Below, one piece after another: positions 17,607 through 27,252 of a DNA stretch of 64,000 nt; positions within the stretch are counted from its first letter, which is position 1, and each line of letters begins with the position of its first letter. The translations under genes and the position numbers were made by a program. The notes beneath the pieces are model-generated. The model made no database searches. It was not told the origin of the DNA and saw nothing but the letters and a program-made list of their open reading frames with translations. The DNA is taken from contig CAWANF010000001.1 in the NCBI GenBank assembly GCA_963783355.1, positions 326,776 to 390,775 on the forward strand. Reading direction: 5' to 3'. The DNA is from an uncultured bacterium. Its GTDB lineage: Bacteria; Bacteroidota; Rhodothermia; Balneolales; DATFMH01.

Positions 17607-20600
17607 TTACAATTGAATATGCTTACCAGGAAGCAATGTCGGTAAATGTTTAGTCGTGGCAGCCTGATTGAAGCTGGAAACATCTGTATCCACGATATTA
17701 TTGAATTGACTAATGTAGCCTTTAAGTTGTCCTTCTAATTGATGGAAATATGCAAGCGCGCTTGCAGAAGGTGCTTCATCGTATGAATATAACCGGTAAC
17801 CGGAACTGCGGAACCAACTATAGAAATGGGACAGGTAGTGGATGTCATCTTCACCAACACCATGCTGTGCTTTAGTTTCAATGAGTGTATCTTTTAAGTC
17901 CATCAATTTCTTGTCCAACGTGCTAGCTTGTTTCTCGACAGATTTGTATTGATTGCTATCCGGTTGTTGATTAACGGTTTTCTTCAAATTGCCGATTTGT
18001 GTATGCAAACTATGAATGTCATTTAACATATCATTTAATGTGGAGATATCATCCATTGCATGACTGAGAACTTCGTTACGTTGCCGGGCCCCCTCCATAT
18101 TAAATGGCAAATTAGGATCTGCTTTCACAACCAAAGATTGTGTCTGCGTTTTGCCGTCAGCTGAAACACTGACCGTATAGGTTCCGGGAAGGACATTGAT
18201 ACCCCGGGTATTATTCGGTGATTTATGCTGGGTACCATAAAGATTCAAACGATCCGGGCCTTTATAACTTAAATTCCAGGCGAATCGATTAACTCCGGGC
18301 TTAGCCGGACCATACAGTGTATTAACAATTTTACCGTTGCTATCTTTGATCACTATTTTGACAGGTGTTTCATGTGCTTTTTTCTCTTTTTTAGATGGTT
18401 TTAGAGAATGTTTTAAATAGTAATCGATCAATGCTCCGGACGGAGGATTGGGTGCAGAATAGTGGCCGGGCTCATCTGAACCGTCAAAATTAGAACGGTG
18501 ATACATGATAGCAGGCTGAATTGAGAACAGGTGGAAGCTGCTATCTTCAACCTTATGGTCAATCTCTTCTAATGGACGAATATCATCAGCTATGAAAAGT
18601 CCGCGTCCGTGCGTGGCGACAACGAGGTCATGGTCACGTTTGACAAATTTCAAATCATAAACCGGGGACGTCGGAAAATTACTTTTAATTTTATTCCATG
18701 AGTCGCCATCGTTATTGGAATAATAAAGTGCATTGTCGGTGCCTAACACTAGGAAACCTTTGTGATTAGGATCTTCACGGACCACGTGAGCCGGATAATC
18801 TTCTGGTAATCCCGAATCAATAGCCTTCCAGCTATGTCCAAAATTGTCCGTTTTGAATACGTAAGGATGATTGTTATCCATCATATGATAATCGACGGTT
18901 ATATAACAGGTACCAGGATTGAATGGAGAAACGCCAACCTGGTAAATACGTCCGCCTTCAGAAAGATGAGGGACTTTATTCGAAACATTGTCCCATGTTT
19001 TTCCACCATCACGGGTAACCTGTATCTGGCCGTCGTCGGTTCCGACCCAAATTACATTCGGATCTTGTTTTGACAGCCCGACAGACAAAATAGTTCCATA
19101 TGTTTCTGCGCCGCTAATGTCATGAGCAACGGGTCCGCCGGCGATGACCTGGGTGCTTTTGTTATTTCGAGTAAGATCCGGACTAATAGGATTCCAGGTT
19201 TTTCCACCGTCAGTAGTTTTAAATAGTACATTTGCTCCTATATAAACGGTATTAGCATCCGTGTAAGAAACGGCGATGGGAGTTGTCCAGTTGTACCGGT
19301 ATTTCAACTTGGAAGGACTCATCATTTCTACACCTTTAAATGTAGGACGAATGTATTTTCTCATGCCCGTTTTAAGATTGGTGCGGCTCAGAAAACCATT
19401 TTGAGATTCTGCATAAACGATATCAGGATCACTTGGAGCAGGTACCACATATTCTCCATCACCTCCGGCTACTGTAATCCAGTGGTGTCCCTTGATGCTA
19501 CGACCGTGCAGATTATAGGAAGGGCCATACCAGGCATTATTATCCTGTAAACCACCACCCAGACTGAATGGGTTTGCTGAATTTACAGCAACTTCATAAA
19601 ATTGTTCAATTGGCATATTATCGCAATAATGCCATTGTTTCCCACCTGTTTGTGAGATATAAACGCCACCATCATTACCAACAATCATTCTTTCCGGATT
19701 GTCAGGATCGATCCAAATGGCGTGATAATCAACGTGAACGTCCGGTGCAATAGATTTAGCTGTTTTTCCACCATCCGTCGATTCCGACATCTGATAAGAG
19801 AGGAAGAAGACGTGATTGTCATTTGTTGGATCTACAGCCATGGTGGAAAAATAAAATGGCCTGACATTAAGTTGATGATTATTACTTACCATTTTCCAAT
19901 GGGTGCCACCATCATGAGTGTCCCAAAGAGTTCCGTTTTTTGCCGCTATCAAAGCATAAATGTGATCAGGATTTGATTTCGAAGTGGCAAAAGCGATTCT
20001 TCCTATATTACCATTTGGTAAACCATCGGTTACTTTTGTCCAGGTATCTCCACCGTCATCAGAACGGTACATAGCACTGGATTTTCCACCATCGATCAAT
20101 GTCCACGGCCGTCTCATAACTTTCCAGGTTGCCGCAAACATAACTTGTGGATTTTCTGGTTTGTATATGACGTCGGTCACGCCGGTAGAATCATTGACAA
20201 ATAATACTTTTTGCCAGGTTTTACCTCCATCGGTCGTTTTAAATAATCCACGCTCGCTGTTGGGTCCCCAGGCATGGCCAATTGCCGCAACAAATACTTC
20301 TTTGGGGTTGACAGGATTTACAATGATTTTTGAAATTTGACCTGCATCTTTTAATCCCATGAATTTCCAGGTTGCCCCCGCATCCGGTGAATAATAAACA
20401 CCATGGCCATTAACTACATCATTACGAATATTAGCTTCACCTGTTCCCACCCAAACGAGGTTGGGATTCGATGGCGCAATTGCAATAGCGCCGATTGATG
20501 ACGTCGGTTCGTTTTTAAAAACATCCTTCCAGGACACTCCGCCATCGGTGGTTTTCCAAACGCCACCACCTCCGGCACCTATATAATAAGTATTCGGTTT

Positions 20601-20804
20601 CCCGGGAACACCCTGCACAGATGAAACACGTCCACCTGCTATTGCCGGACCTATATTGCGAAATTTAACATTTCGGAATATATCCGTTGTATCTTTAGAC
20701 CCTGAGGCCTGTGCATATGCCAGATTAATCATCGGTATAGCCAATAAAAATGTCAGCACTACCGTGAAAAATTTTGACAATTGCAGATTGTATTTATAAG
20801 TCAT
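17607..20804 (-). CDS. BNR/Asp-box repeat (sortilin/VPS10-like) secreted protein
   Basis: Many S/T-x-D-G-G-x-T-W repeats (TTDGGVSW, TTDGGKTW x3, SDDGGDTW, THDGGTHW, STDGGKT, TRDGGKTW, NNDGDSW). I place the start at ATG 20804 (MTYKYNLQ..., signal peptide ending AYAQA) because AGAGGAG lies 6 nt upstream. The ORF track starts at 20855. Confidence 0.8.
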   Translation of the reverse strand: MTYKYNLQLSKFFTVVLTFLLAIPMINLAYAQASGSKDTTDIFRNVKFRNIGPAIAGGRVSSVQGVPGKPNTYYIGAGGGGVWKTTDGGVSWKDVFKNEPTSSIGAIAIAPSNPNLVWVGTGEANIRNDVVNGHGVYYSPDAGATWKFMGLKDAGQISKIIVNPVNPKEVFVAAIGHAWGPNSERGLFKTTDGGKTWQKVLFVNDSTGVTDVIYKPENPQVMFAATWKVMRRPWTLIDGGKSSAMYRSDDGGDTWTKVTDGLPNGNIGRIAFATSKSNPDHIYALIAAKNGTLWDTHDGGTHWKMVSNNHQLNVRPFYFSTMAVDPTNDNHVFFLSYQMSESTDGGKTAKSIAPDVHVDYHAIWIDPDNPERMIVGNDGGVYISQTGGKQWHYCDNMPIEQFYEVAVNSANPFSLGGGLQDNNAWYGPSYNLHGRSIKGHHWITVAGGDGEYVVPAPSDPDIVYAESQNGFLSRTNLKTGMRKYIRPTFKGVEMMSPSKLKYRYNWTTPIAVSYTDANTVYIGANVLFKTTDGGKTWNPISPDLTRNNKSTQVIAGGPVAHDISGAETYGTILSVGLSKQDPNVIWVGTDDGQIQVTRDGGKTWDNVSNKVPHLSEGGRIYQVGVSPFNPGTCYITVDYHMMDNNHPYVFKTDNFGHSWKAIDSGLPEDYPAHVVREDPNHKGFLVLGTDNALYYSNNDGDSWNKIKSNFPTSPVYDLKFVKRDHDLVVATHGRGLFIADDIRPLEEIDHKVEDSSFHLFSIQPAIMYHRSNFDGSDEPGHYSAPNPPSGALIDYYLKHSLKPSKKEKKAHETPVKIVIKDSNGKIVNTLYGPAKPGVNRFAWNLSYKGPDRLNLYGTQHKSPNNTRGINVLPGTYTVSVSADGKTQTQSLVVKADPNLPFNMEGARQRNEVLSHAMDDISTLNDMLNDIHSLHTQIGNLKKTVNQQPDSNQYKSVEKQASTLDKKLMDLKDTLIETKAQHGVGEDDIHYLSHFYSWFRSSGYRLYSYDEAPSASALAYFHQLEGQLKGYISQFNNIVDTDVSSFNQAATTKHLPTLLPGKHIQL

Positions 20805-21299
20805 ATGAACTCCTCTTTTTTTAGACCAATTGGAGATTTTACCGTCAATTAACAACGGCAGATCTCATACTGCTAACTATCATTTCCTTTATGTTTCAGT
20901 TTATTTAGCATATTTCTGAGGTCAATAGATCTATTTAGAAGTGGCAAATCAACCGATCTCAAGAGAACATAATCCTGATTATTGGAAATATGGTATGCTA
21001 TGGAAAGCAAAATATTTGTAGAAGATGCCAAACCTATTCATTATATCCACAGATGTTTAACGTGGAAATAAAAAGTAAATAAAACCTCACTATAATCTTT
21101 TTTAGTTTGCTGTGCTGTTTAACTTGATGAAACAGTCCTGACTAAGCCCGACAAACTGAAAACAACTCAAAACGTTCAGATTAGGGAATAAGCTATTATC
21201 CCATCTAAAGCTAAATCATAATTAAACCCCAATGTAATGTTTGTGAAACATATTTGATTTAAATTTTTGTAAACACTGTAATATTTATGCGCCAATTTA

Positions 21300-21854
21300 T
21301 TACGGATGCCTGAAGCAATCCGATATATGGTCGTTGACCAATCCGCAAGCTTGCATAAATGAATAACATATAGTCGGCCCTACAAATTTGAAACCTTCTT
21401 TTTTAAGAGTTTTGCTCATCGTTGCCGATAATTCTGTTTCTGCAGGAACTTCGGCTAACGTTTTCCATGTATTTACAATAGTGTTCCCATCTACAAAATC
21501 CCATATAAAAGTGTCAAAACTGCCATATCGGTTTTGTATTTTAAGGAATTGCCGGGCATTTATAATAGCCGCATTAATTTTTAATTTGTTGCGGATTATT
21601 CCGGGATTTTGCATTAAATGGTCGATTTTTGACTGATCAAATGATGCAACCTTTTCCACATCAAATCCTGCGAAAGCTTTACGGTATTCTTCCCTCTTTT
21701 TTAAAATGGTTATCCAGCTAAGGCCTGCCTGAGCCCCCTCAAGGATTAAGAATTCAAAGAGTGTCTGATCATCATGTACGGGATTTCCCCATTCTTCGTC
21801 ATGATATTCCTGGTATAGAGGATCATTACCCACCCAGGGGCATCTTTTAAGCAT
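21300..21854 (-). CDS. tag: DNA-3-methyladenine glycosylase I
   Basis: 184 aa. The sequence CPWVGNDPLYQEYHDEEWGNPVHDDQTLFEFLILEGAQAGLSWITILKKREEYRKAF is the Tag signature region. The size is typical. Confidence 0.9.
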   Translation of the reverse strand: MLKRCPWVGNDPLYQEYHDEEWGNPVHDDQTLFEFLILEGAQAGLSWITILKKREEYRKAFAGFDVEKVASFDQSKIDHLMQNPGIIRNKLKINAAIINARQFLKIQNRYGSFDTFIWDFVDGNTIVNTWKTLAEVPAETELSATMSKTLKKEGFKFVGPTICYSFMQACGLVNDHISDCFRHP

Positions 21855-21959
21855 ATGATTATTAAATGAGTTTGAAGTATTGCAAAGTTGGAAAACCGTT
21901 ATGTAGGTAACTTTGAATTCTGAGCATTTTCGATTTTAAGAATAAAAACTACTAATTAA

Positions 21960-22704
21960 GGGTCTAGTGAAGCAAACAACTTAGAGGGGATCATCCCTAA
22001 GTTTCTTCAGCTAGACTTTGTATAAGTTATGGTTTCGATGATTAAAACGAAATTCAGTTTCCTTTCAAATGAAGATAAAACAGAGGTTTTAGGACACCCT
22101 TGAATTTGGTCAATCGACGCTTGGCAATACTCCAGAACGACTCAATCCCATTGATAGAACTTGTCGGGTTAGCGACTTCGTCCTGGTCATGCCGAACACG
22201 ATAATGTTTGTCATAACCAACATCCACCAGACCATCGTAACTGCGACATTCATCGCTGTGGATTACGCTTTCGGATCTACTTTACCTCGTATAATGCTCT
22301 GAAGCATCTTTTTACGGTCATCAGGAACGATCTCGGTATAGACTCTGCCTTGGCGTTTAAAGATACCAACCACAATCGTTTTACCCGAAGCACCCCGACC
22401 TCGTTTGCCGGGGATCCGTCTGGGTCCGAAGTAGGTTTCATCCACTTCGATTGTATCTGCAACGGGAGCTTGTTGTTTCGACCATGGGGTTATCTTTCTT
22501 CTTAATCGCCCAAATATAGCCGTTACCGATCGCCGACTTAGTCTGGTTAATTCAGCACTGTCTGTGGCCGTAAAATCCATGGCAAAATAACGCATCAACG
22601 GTCGAAATTTGGCTTCAGAAATCTTTGAAAGTTTATAATACTTGTTAACCATTACATAGCAAATTATTGCAAAGATTTATAATATACTATGCTTCACTAG
22701 ACCC
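21960..22704 (-). mobile_element. IS1595-family-like insertion sequence (745 bp) with 15-bp perfect terminal inverted repeats
   Basis: GGGTCTAGTGAAGCA at 21960-21974 is the exact reverse complement of 22690-22704. The interior encodes an ISXO2-like/IS1595-type transposase. Confidence 0.75.
22011..22652 (-). pseudogene. IS1595-family transposase, disrupted by at least two frameshifts
   Basis: Frame 1 (22263-22652) reads ...IEVDETYFGPRRIPGKRGRGASGKTIVVGIFKRQGRVYTEIVPD...GKVDPKA*. A second frame continues VIHSDECRSYDGLVDVGYDKHYRVRHDQDE...INGIESFWSIAKRRLTKFKGV...FYLHLKGN*. A third frame gives ETEFRFNHRN...*. Together these reconstruct the usual ~220-aa protein. Confidence 0.7.
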
Positions 22705-22705
22705 C

Positions 22706-22991
22706 TAAATATTTACTGGACCCGGCGAATAAAGATCTTCCGGTTTACGATCTCACAGGCCGGAATCATTGCGGCCATTCTTTTCTGCTATGCCCATATC
22801 GGCTATTATGTTTATCCTTTCCAAATCACACATTTTAACGTAGTTCAACTTTTACGGCCGCCGGATTAGGGTTGTTTTATGCGATTGTATTTGAAGAGGC
22901 AAAAAGCATTCTTTATCTAATTATCATTCACAGCATCCCGGATGTCATTCCTGTTTTGGGCGTTTTTGTTCTTCATTTCTTGAAAAATTAA
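22706..22991 (+). pseudogene. Orphan 3' fragment of a CPBP intramembrane protease gene (paralog of 26429..27178)
   Basis: About 285 nt align with 26889-27178 at roughly 92% identity by manual count, through to the stop codon. A T-run is 1 nt shorter (22850-22853, 4 T, versus 5 T at 27036-27040), which shifts the frame. The fragment has no 5' part and starts right at the IS end. Confidence 0.75.
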
Positions 22992-23216
22992 GTAAGGATA
23001 TAACTGGTAAATTAAGTTTATGTTTCAATGGGTTAACATGAACGGTGCTGGTCTTTGAAAATAATAAAGCGAATTGACAGGCCCCCTGGTAACATTTATA
23101 TCCATTCAAGTCAATTCAACAAAATTATATCATTCTTTTATTTACTTTATTTCCAAGTTTATTAAATAATTGGTATTTATTAACGGCTGTTACCATTACG
23201 AAATAATTGAGTTGCA

Positions 23217-25892
23217 ATGTTGTATAAAAACAAACTACATAATCATATATTTGTCAAAGCTTTGATATTGATTTGTTCTTTAATATCATTAGCAACAATC
23301 GTTAGGGCGCAGGATTCGTCTTCCTCGGGGAGATCCCGAAATTTTAACTCAGGATTAAAAAAACGAAGAATTTATACTACAATGCGCCTGACTACACCAC
23401 CGCCCGTTATTGATGGTAAATTAAATGACGCCTGCTGGAAAACCGGGAAATGGGCATCTCATTTTACTCAGTTCGTCCCCAATGAAGGTGGAAAACCATC
23501 GCAGCGCACGGAACTAAAAATCCTTTATGACAATAAAAATATATATGTTGCGATTCGGGCGTATGATACCCAGCCGGATAAGATTCAAAAAATAGCCGGG
23601 GCCCGTGATGATATGGCGGGAGATATGGTGGGTGTTAATTTTGATAGTTATAATGACGACCAAACAGGATTTGAATTTGATCTCACTGCTTACGGGCAAA
23701 AAATTGACCTTGTTTTAACAAATCCGAGTGCTACGGATTTCAGCTGGAATCCGGTCTGGTATGGAAAAGTCGGTTATGAGGACTCCGCGTGGGTTGCTGA
23801 GATGAAGATTCCCTTTAGCCAATTGAGATATAGCAGCGATTCGGTCCAGACCTGGGGACTGCATTGCTGGAGATGGATCAACCGTATTAAGGAAGAAGAT
23901 GATTGGGAAGTACAAACCCTGACCGGTCCCGGTATGCTATATAATTTTGGGAAATTGAATGGGATCAAAGATTTGAGTAAATCGCGGAGAATCGAATTCA
24001 TGCCCTATACCCTGGGAAAACTCAATACATTCAAAAAAGAACCGGGTAATCCATTTGCAGATAAAGGAAGATCCTGGGCGGGTAATTTGGGATTAAATGC
24101 AAAAGTGGGGCTTACCAGTAATTTCACACTGGATATGGCTGTAAATCCTGATTTCGGACAAGTGGAAGCGGATCCATCCGTAATGAACCTGACGGCATTT
24201 GAAACGTTTTATGAAGAGAAAAGGCCCTTTTTCGTAGAGGGTAAAAATCTTTTTGATTACAACATTGATGATATCAATCTTTTTTATTCAAGAAGAATCG
24301 GCCATGCACCATCGTATCAAGTCACTCCGGGGGACAGCCAGTATGTGAAATCACCCGACCAGACAACCATTCTCGGCGCCGTTAAAATTAGCGGGAAAAC
24401 ATCGAAAAATCTTTCTTTGGCAATTATGCAAAGCCTGACCTCGAGGGAATCGGCAACAATCAGTGATTTTCAGGGACATAAAACAAGGCAAGCAGTGGAA
24501 CCTCTGACCAATTATATGGTCACCCGTATTCAGAAGAATTATCACGATGGAAACACTATTATTGGTGGAATTTTAACATCCACAAATCGATTCATCCATA
24601 ACCAAACGCTGGATTTTTTAAGTGACGATGCGTATACCGGCGGTCTTGATTTTACCCAACAGTGGAACAATAAAGAGTATTATGTTACTGCTCAATTGAT
24701 TGGAAGTTCGGTGAAGGGCAGCCGGCATGCTATTACATTATTGCAAGAAGCTCCGGCACGGTATTATCAACGGCCGGGTGCCGATTATCTTAAACTTGAT
24801 ACCACTCGTACATTACTGGATGGATTCGGAGGTAAGGTTAAAATTGGCAAAGGCTCCGGATTATGGCGTTATGCCGCAAGCCTGAGCTGGTATTCTCCGG
24901 GACTTGAGTTGAATGATCTCGGATATATGAAAACTGTTGATGCTATTAATCAGAACAATGAGATTTCATATTTTGTTAACAGGCCGGTTTCTGTTTTCAG
25001 GACTTATAATATTAGTTTACAGCAGTTCAATAACTGGAATTTTAACGGTGATTATCTGGGTTCGGGAATTCAATTTGATTTTTACTCTGAATTTAAAAAT
25101 AAATGGAGTTTTCAGACCGGTTTGACTTACCGTTCCTCGTTTCTGGATACCCGCTTTTTGAGAGGAGGTTATGCAACAAAAATGCCATTTTATGTTGAAA
25201 ACTCCGGTTATGTGTCAACTGACAATTCCAGGGATCTTTCATTTAATATCTCATATGATTTATTACAGGCCGGTTATCATTCGGATAACAGTTTTCAGAT
25301 TGGTCCGGGTTTGAATGCGCGGATAACGGATAATTTACATACCGGCATATCGGTCAGTTATACAAATAATCACAACCGGCTTCAATATGTCACCACTGTG
25401 AACCGCACGGAAGGAAACCGATATATTTTGGGTACTATAAAACAACAAACGGTAAATTTGACAATGCGCCTGGATTATATTATCAATCCACAACTTTCCA
25501 TTCGTTATTACGGCTCTCCGTTTGTTTCCAGGGGAAGTTATTCAGATTTTAAATATGCGGGTAATCCATCTTCGGGTAATTATCACGATCGATTTATCAT
25601 TTATGGAAACCCTGTTCTGGTAGGCAATAATTATCAGCTTGATGAAAATGGAGATAATATCCCGGATTACTCTATTTCTAATCCGGACTTCAGTTTTCGT
25701 CAATTTCGATCGAATCTGGTTTTAAAATGGGTTTATCAGCCAGGTTCCGAATTCTATCTGGTGTGGTCAAGCGATCGGACCGGTTATACCCATGATGCCG
25801 GCCAGAATCTGGGGCAATCGCTTCATGGATTGTGGAATACTGTTCCGAACAATATTTTCCTCGTTAAGATTAACTACTGGTTTTCAATATGA
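23217..25892 (+). CDS. CBM9-like plus DUF5916-type outer-membrane/secreted protein
   Basis: 891 aa with a signal peptide ending [61 protein letters not shown] is typical of the CBM9-like N-domain of DUF5916 proteins. The C-terminus is long and beta-rich and ends KINYWFSI. Confidence 0.65.
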   Translation: MLYKNKLHNHIFVKALILICSLISLATIVRAQDSSSSGRSRNFNSGLKKRRIYTTMRLTTPPPVIDGKLNDACWKTGKWASHFTQFVPNEGGKPSQRTELKILYDNKNIYVAIRAYDTQPDKIQKIAGARDDMAGDMVGVNFDSYNDDQTGFEFDLTAYGQKIDLVLTNPSATDFSWNPVWYGKVGYEDSAWVAEMKIPFSQLRYSSDSVQTWGLHCWRWINRIKEEDDWEVQTLTGPGMLYNFGKLNGIKDLSKSRRIEFMPYTLGKLNTFKKEPGNPFADKGRSWAGNLGLNAKVGLTSNFTLDMAVNPDFGQVEADPSVMNLTAFETFYEEKRPFFVEGKNLFDYNIDDINLFYSRRIGHAPSYQVTPGDSQYVKSPDQTTILGAVKISGKTSKNLSLAIMQSLTSRESATISDFQGHKTRQAVEPLTNYMVTRIQKNYHDGNTIIGGILTSTNRFIHNQTLDFLSDDAYTGGLDFTQQWNNKEYYVTAQLIGSSVKGSRHAITLLQEAPARYYQRPGADYLKLDTTRTLLDGFGGKVKIGKGSGLWRYAASLSWYSPGLELNDLGYMKTVDAINQNNEISYFVNRPVSVFRTYNISLQQFNNWNFNGDYLGSGIQFDFYSEFKNKWSFQTGLTYRSSFLDTRFLRGGYATKMPFYVENSGYVSTDNSRDLSFNISYDLLQAGYHSDNSFQIGPGLNARITDNLHTGISVSYTNNHNRLQYVTTVNRTEGNRYILGTIKQQTVNLTMRLDYIINPQLSIRYYGSPFVSRGSYSDFKYAGNPSSGNYHDRFIIYGNPVLVGNNYQLDENGDNIPDYSISNPDFSFRQFRSNLVLKWVYQPGSEFYLVWSSDRTGYTHDAGQNLGQSLHGLWNTVPNNIFLVKINYWFSI

Positions 25893-25893
25893 C

Positions 25894-26076
25894 CGCATCC
25901 TCCGGTTACCTGCCAACGGAGCAACGACGGTCATTGGCGGTGGTGATTCAGCAGCGGCTATCAGCAAAGCCGGACTGGCTGACAAGGTATCCCACGTATC
26001 CACCGGTGGCGGTGCCAGTCTCGAATACCTGGAAGGAAAAGTATTGCCGGGTATCAGCTCTCTGACCGAAAAATAA
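25894..26076 (+). pseudogene. pgk: Orphan 3' fragment of phosphoglycerate kinase (last ~55-60 codons)
   Basis: [52 protein letters not shown] is the conserved Pgk C-terminus. It starts 1-2 nt after the stop of the preceding gene, so no upstream Pgk sequence is present. The fragment is visibly more GC-rich than its surroundings. Confidence 0.75.
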
Positions 26077-26163
26077 GTTTACGGCCCTCACTTAATCTCT
26101 CCATGTCCCGATAAATCGAGAGGATAGGAGTGAGTTATGTAATGTAACGTTTGAAATTCTTAA

Positions 26164-26197
26164 AGCCTGCCGGCACCGTTCGGCGGGCTTTTTATTT
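26164..26197 (+). terminator. Rho-independent terminator retained behind the pgk remnant
   Basis: Stem agcctgccg (26164-26172) / cggcgggct (26181-26189) with one G-U pair, followed by tttttattt. Confidence 0.7.
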
Positions 26198-26428
26198 AAT
26201 GATGGGATGTCTCAAATATCATTTATTGTCATTCCGGCAGAGAAACCAAAAATTTTATTTGCAAGGATCTTTCGTCCGGCGATTTATATTCGTGGGACGA
26301 ATATGTTGTCCCCAAAAATCGTTGCAACAAAATAATCGACTTCAACGTACCAAAAGACATTGCAATTTGAATGTATTGTTCGTCATAATCGCATATTCAT
26401 CAAGAGCTTATATAATATTGAAAACTGA

Positions 26429-27178
26429 ATGAAAACTTCAGCATCGAGACTAGAAAAATACCTGCTTTTATTATTTGTATTCCTGGTCGTTGAATTCGCG
26501 CCCAGAGCCGGATCCATTCTGGCCGATCACTATCAAAATCTATTCACTTTTATCGATCCCAATCATACTTTTTCATGGGGAATCATCCATCATATAGTTC
26601 AATTCCTGATTCCTCTGATCATTATGATTTTTTGGCCCAATCGTTCAATAAAAGACTGGGGATTTCGGATCGGAGATGCTAAAAAAGGCATAAAATGGGT
26701 TTATGGATTTACGCTCGTATGGCTCGGTATTTATCTGGTAATAACGATAGGGTTTCTTCTTCAAAATAACATTCCGAAGGTGTATTACGATGTTTCCAAC
26801 ATGCGAAATTTCTTTGGTGAACTCGGATTTCGTACTTTTATCGTCGGGCTGTCAGAAGAAACGTTATTCAGGGCTTTTCCGATTACTTTATTAATTATTT
26901 ACTGGAACCGGCGAATAAATATCTTCCGGTTTACGATCTCACAGGCGGGAATCATGGCGGCCATTCTTTTCTGCTATGCCCATATCGGCTATCATGTTTA
27001 TCCGTTCCAAATCACACATTTTAACGTAATTCAACTTTTTACGGCCGCCGGATTAGGGTTGTTTTATGCAATTGTATTTGAAGAGACGAAAAGCATTCTT
27101 TATCCCATTATCATTCACAGCATCTCGGATGTCATTCCTGTTTTGGGCGTGTTTATTCTTCACGTATTGAAGTCATAA
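26429..27178 (+). CDS. CPBP family intramembrane glutamic endopeptidase (CAAX protease / Abi-like)
   Basis: Polytopic, 249 aa. Motif 1 is EETLFR (E-E-x-x-x-R), motif 2 is FCYAH (F-x-x-x-H), and motif 3 is HSISD (H-x-x-x-D/N). Confidence 0.8.
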   Translation: MKTSASRLEKYLLLLFVFLVVEFAPRAGSILADHYQNLFTFIDPNHTFSWGIIHHIVQFLIPLIIMIFWPNRSIKDWGFRIGDAKKGIKWVYGFTLVWLGIYLVITIGFLLQNNIPKVYYDVSNMRNFFGELGFRTFIVGLSEETLFRAFPITLLIIYWNRRINIFRFTISQAGIMAAILFCYAHIGYHVYPFQITHFNVIQLFTAAGLGLFYAIVFEETKSILYPIIIHSISDVIPVLGVFILHVLKS

Positions 27179-27252
27179 TCTATGGGTATTATCTTCGTTC
27201 AAAGAAAGCAGGAATCATCCATCCTCGACGGCCTTTGGTGCATTGTCCTGTT

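Noticed and set aside
21855-21959. Possible remains of the 5' side of the disrupted CPBP copy to the left of the IS element
   Set aside because: Only a ~19-nt stretch is about 79% similar to the corresponding CPBP region, in AT-rich DNA. That is too short to separate from chance, so I mention it only as a caveat under the duplication finding.
25792-25893. N-terminal 34 codons of the listed ORF 25792..26076
   Set aside because: This part overlaps the 3' end of the CBM9/DUF5916 gene in another frame and has no Pgk similarity. Only the portion from about 25894 onward is a real pgk-derived sequence.
26151-26432. 93-aa ORF between the pgk remnant and the CPBP gene
   Set aside because: It starts inside the pgk terminator hairpin, uses a TTG start and has no motif. 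It is most likely promoter/leader DNA of the CPBP gene.
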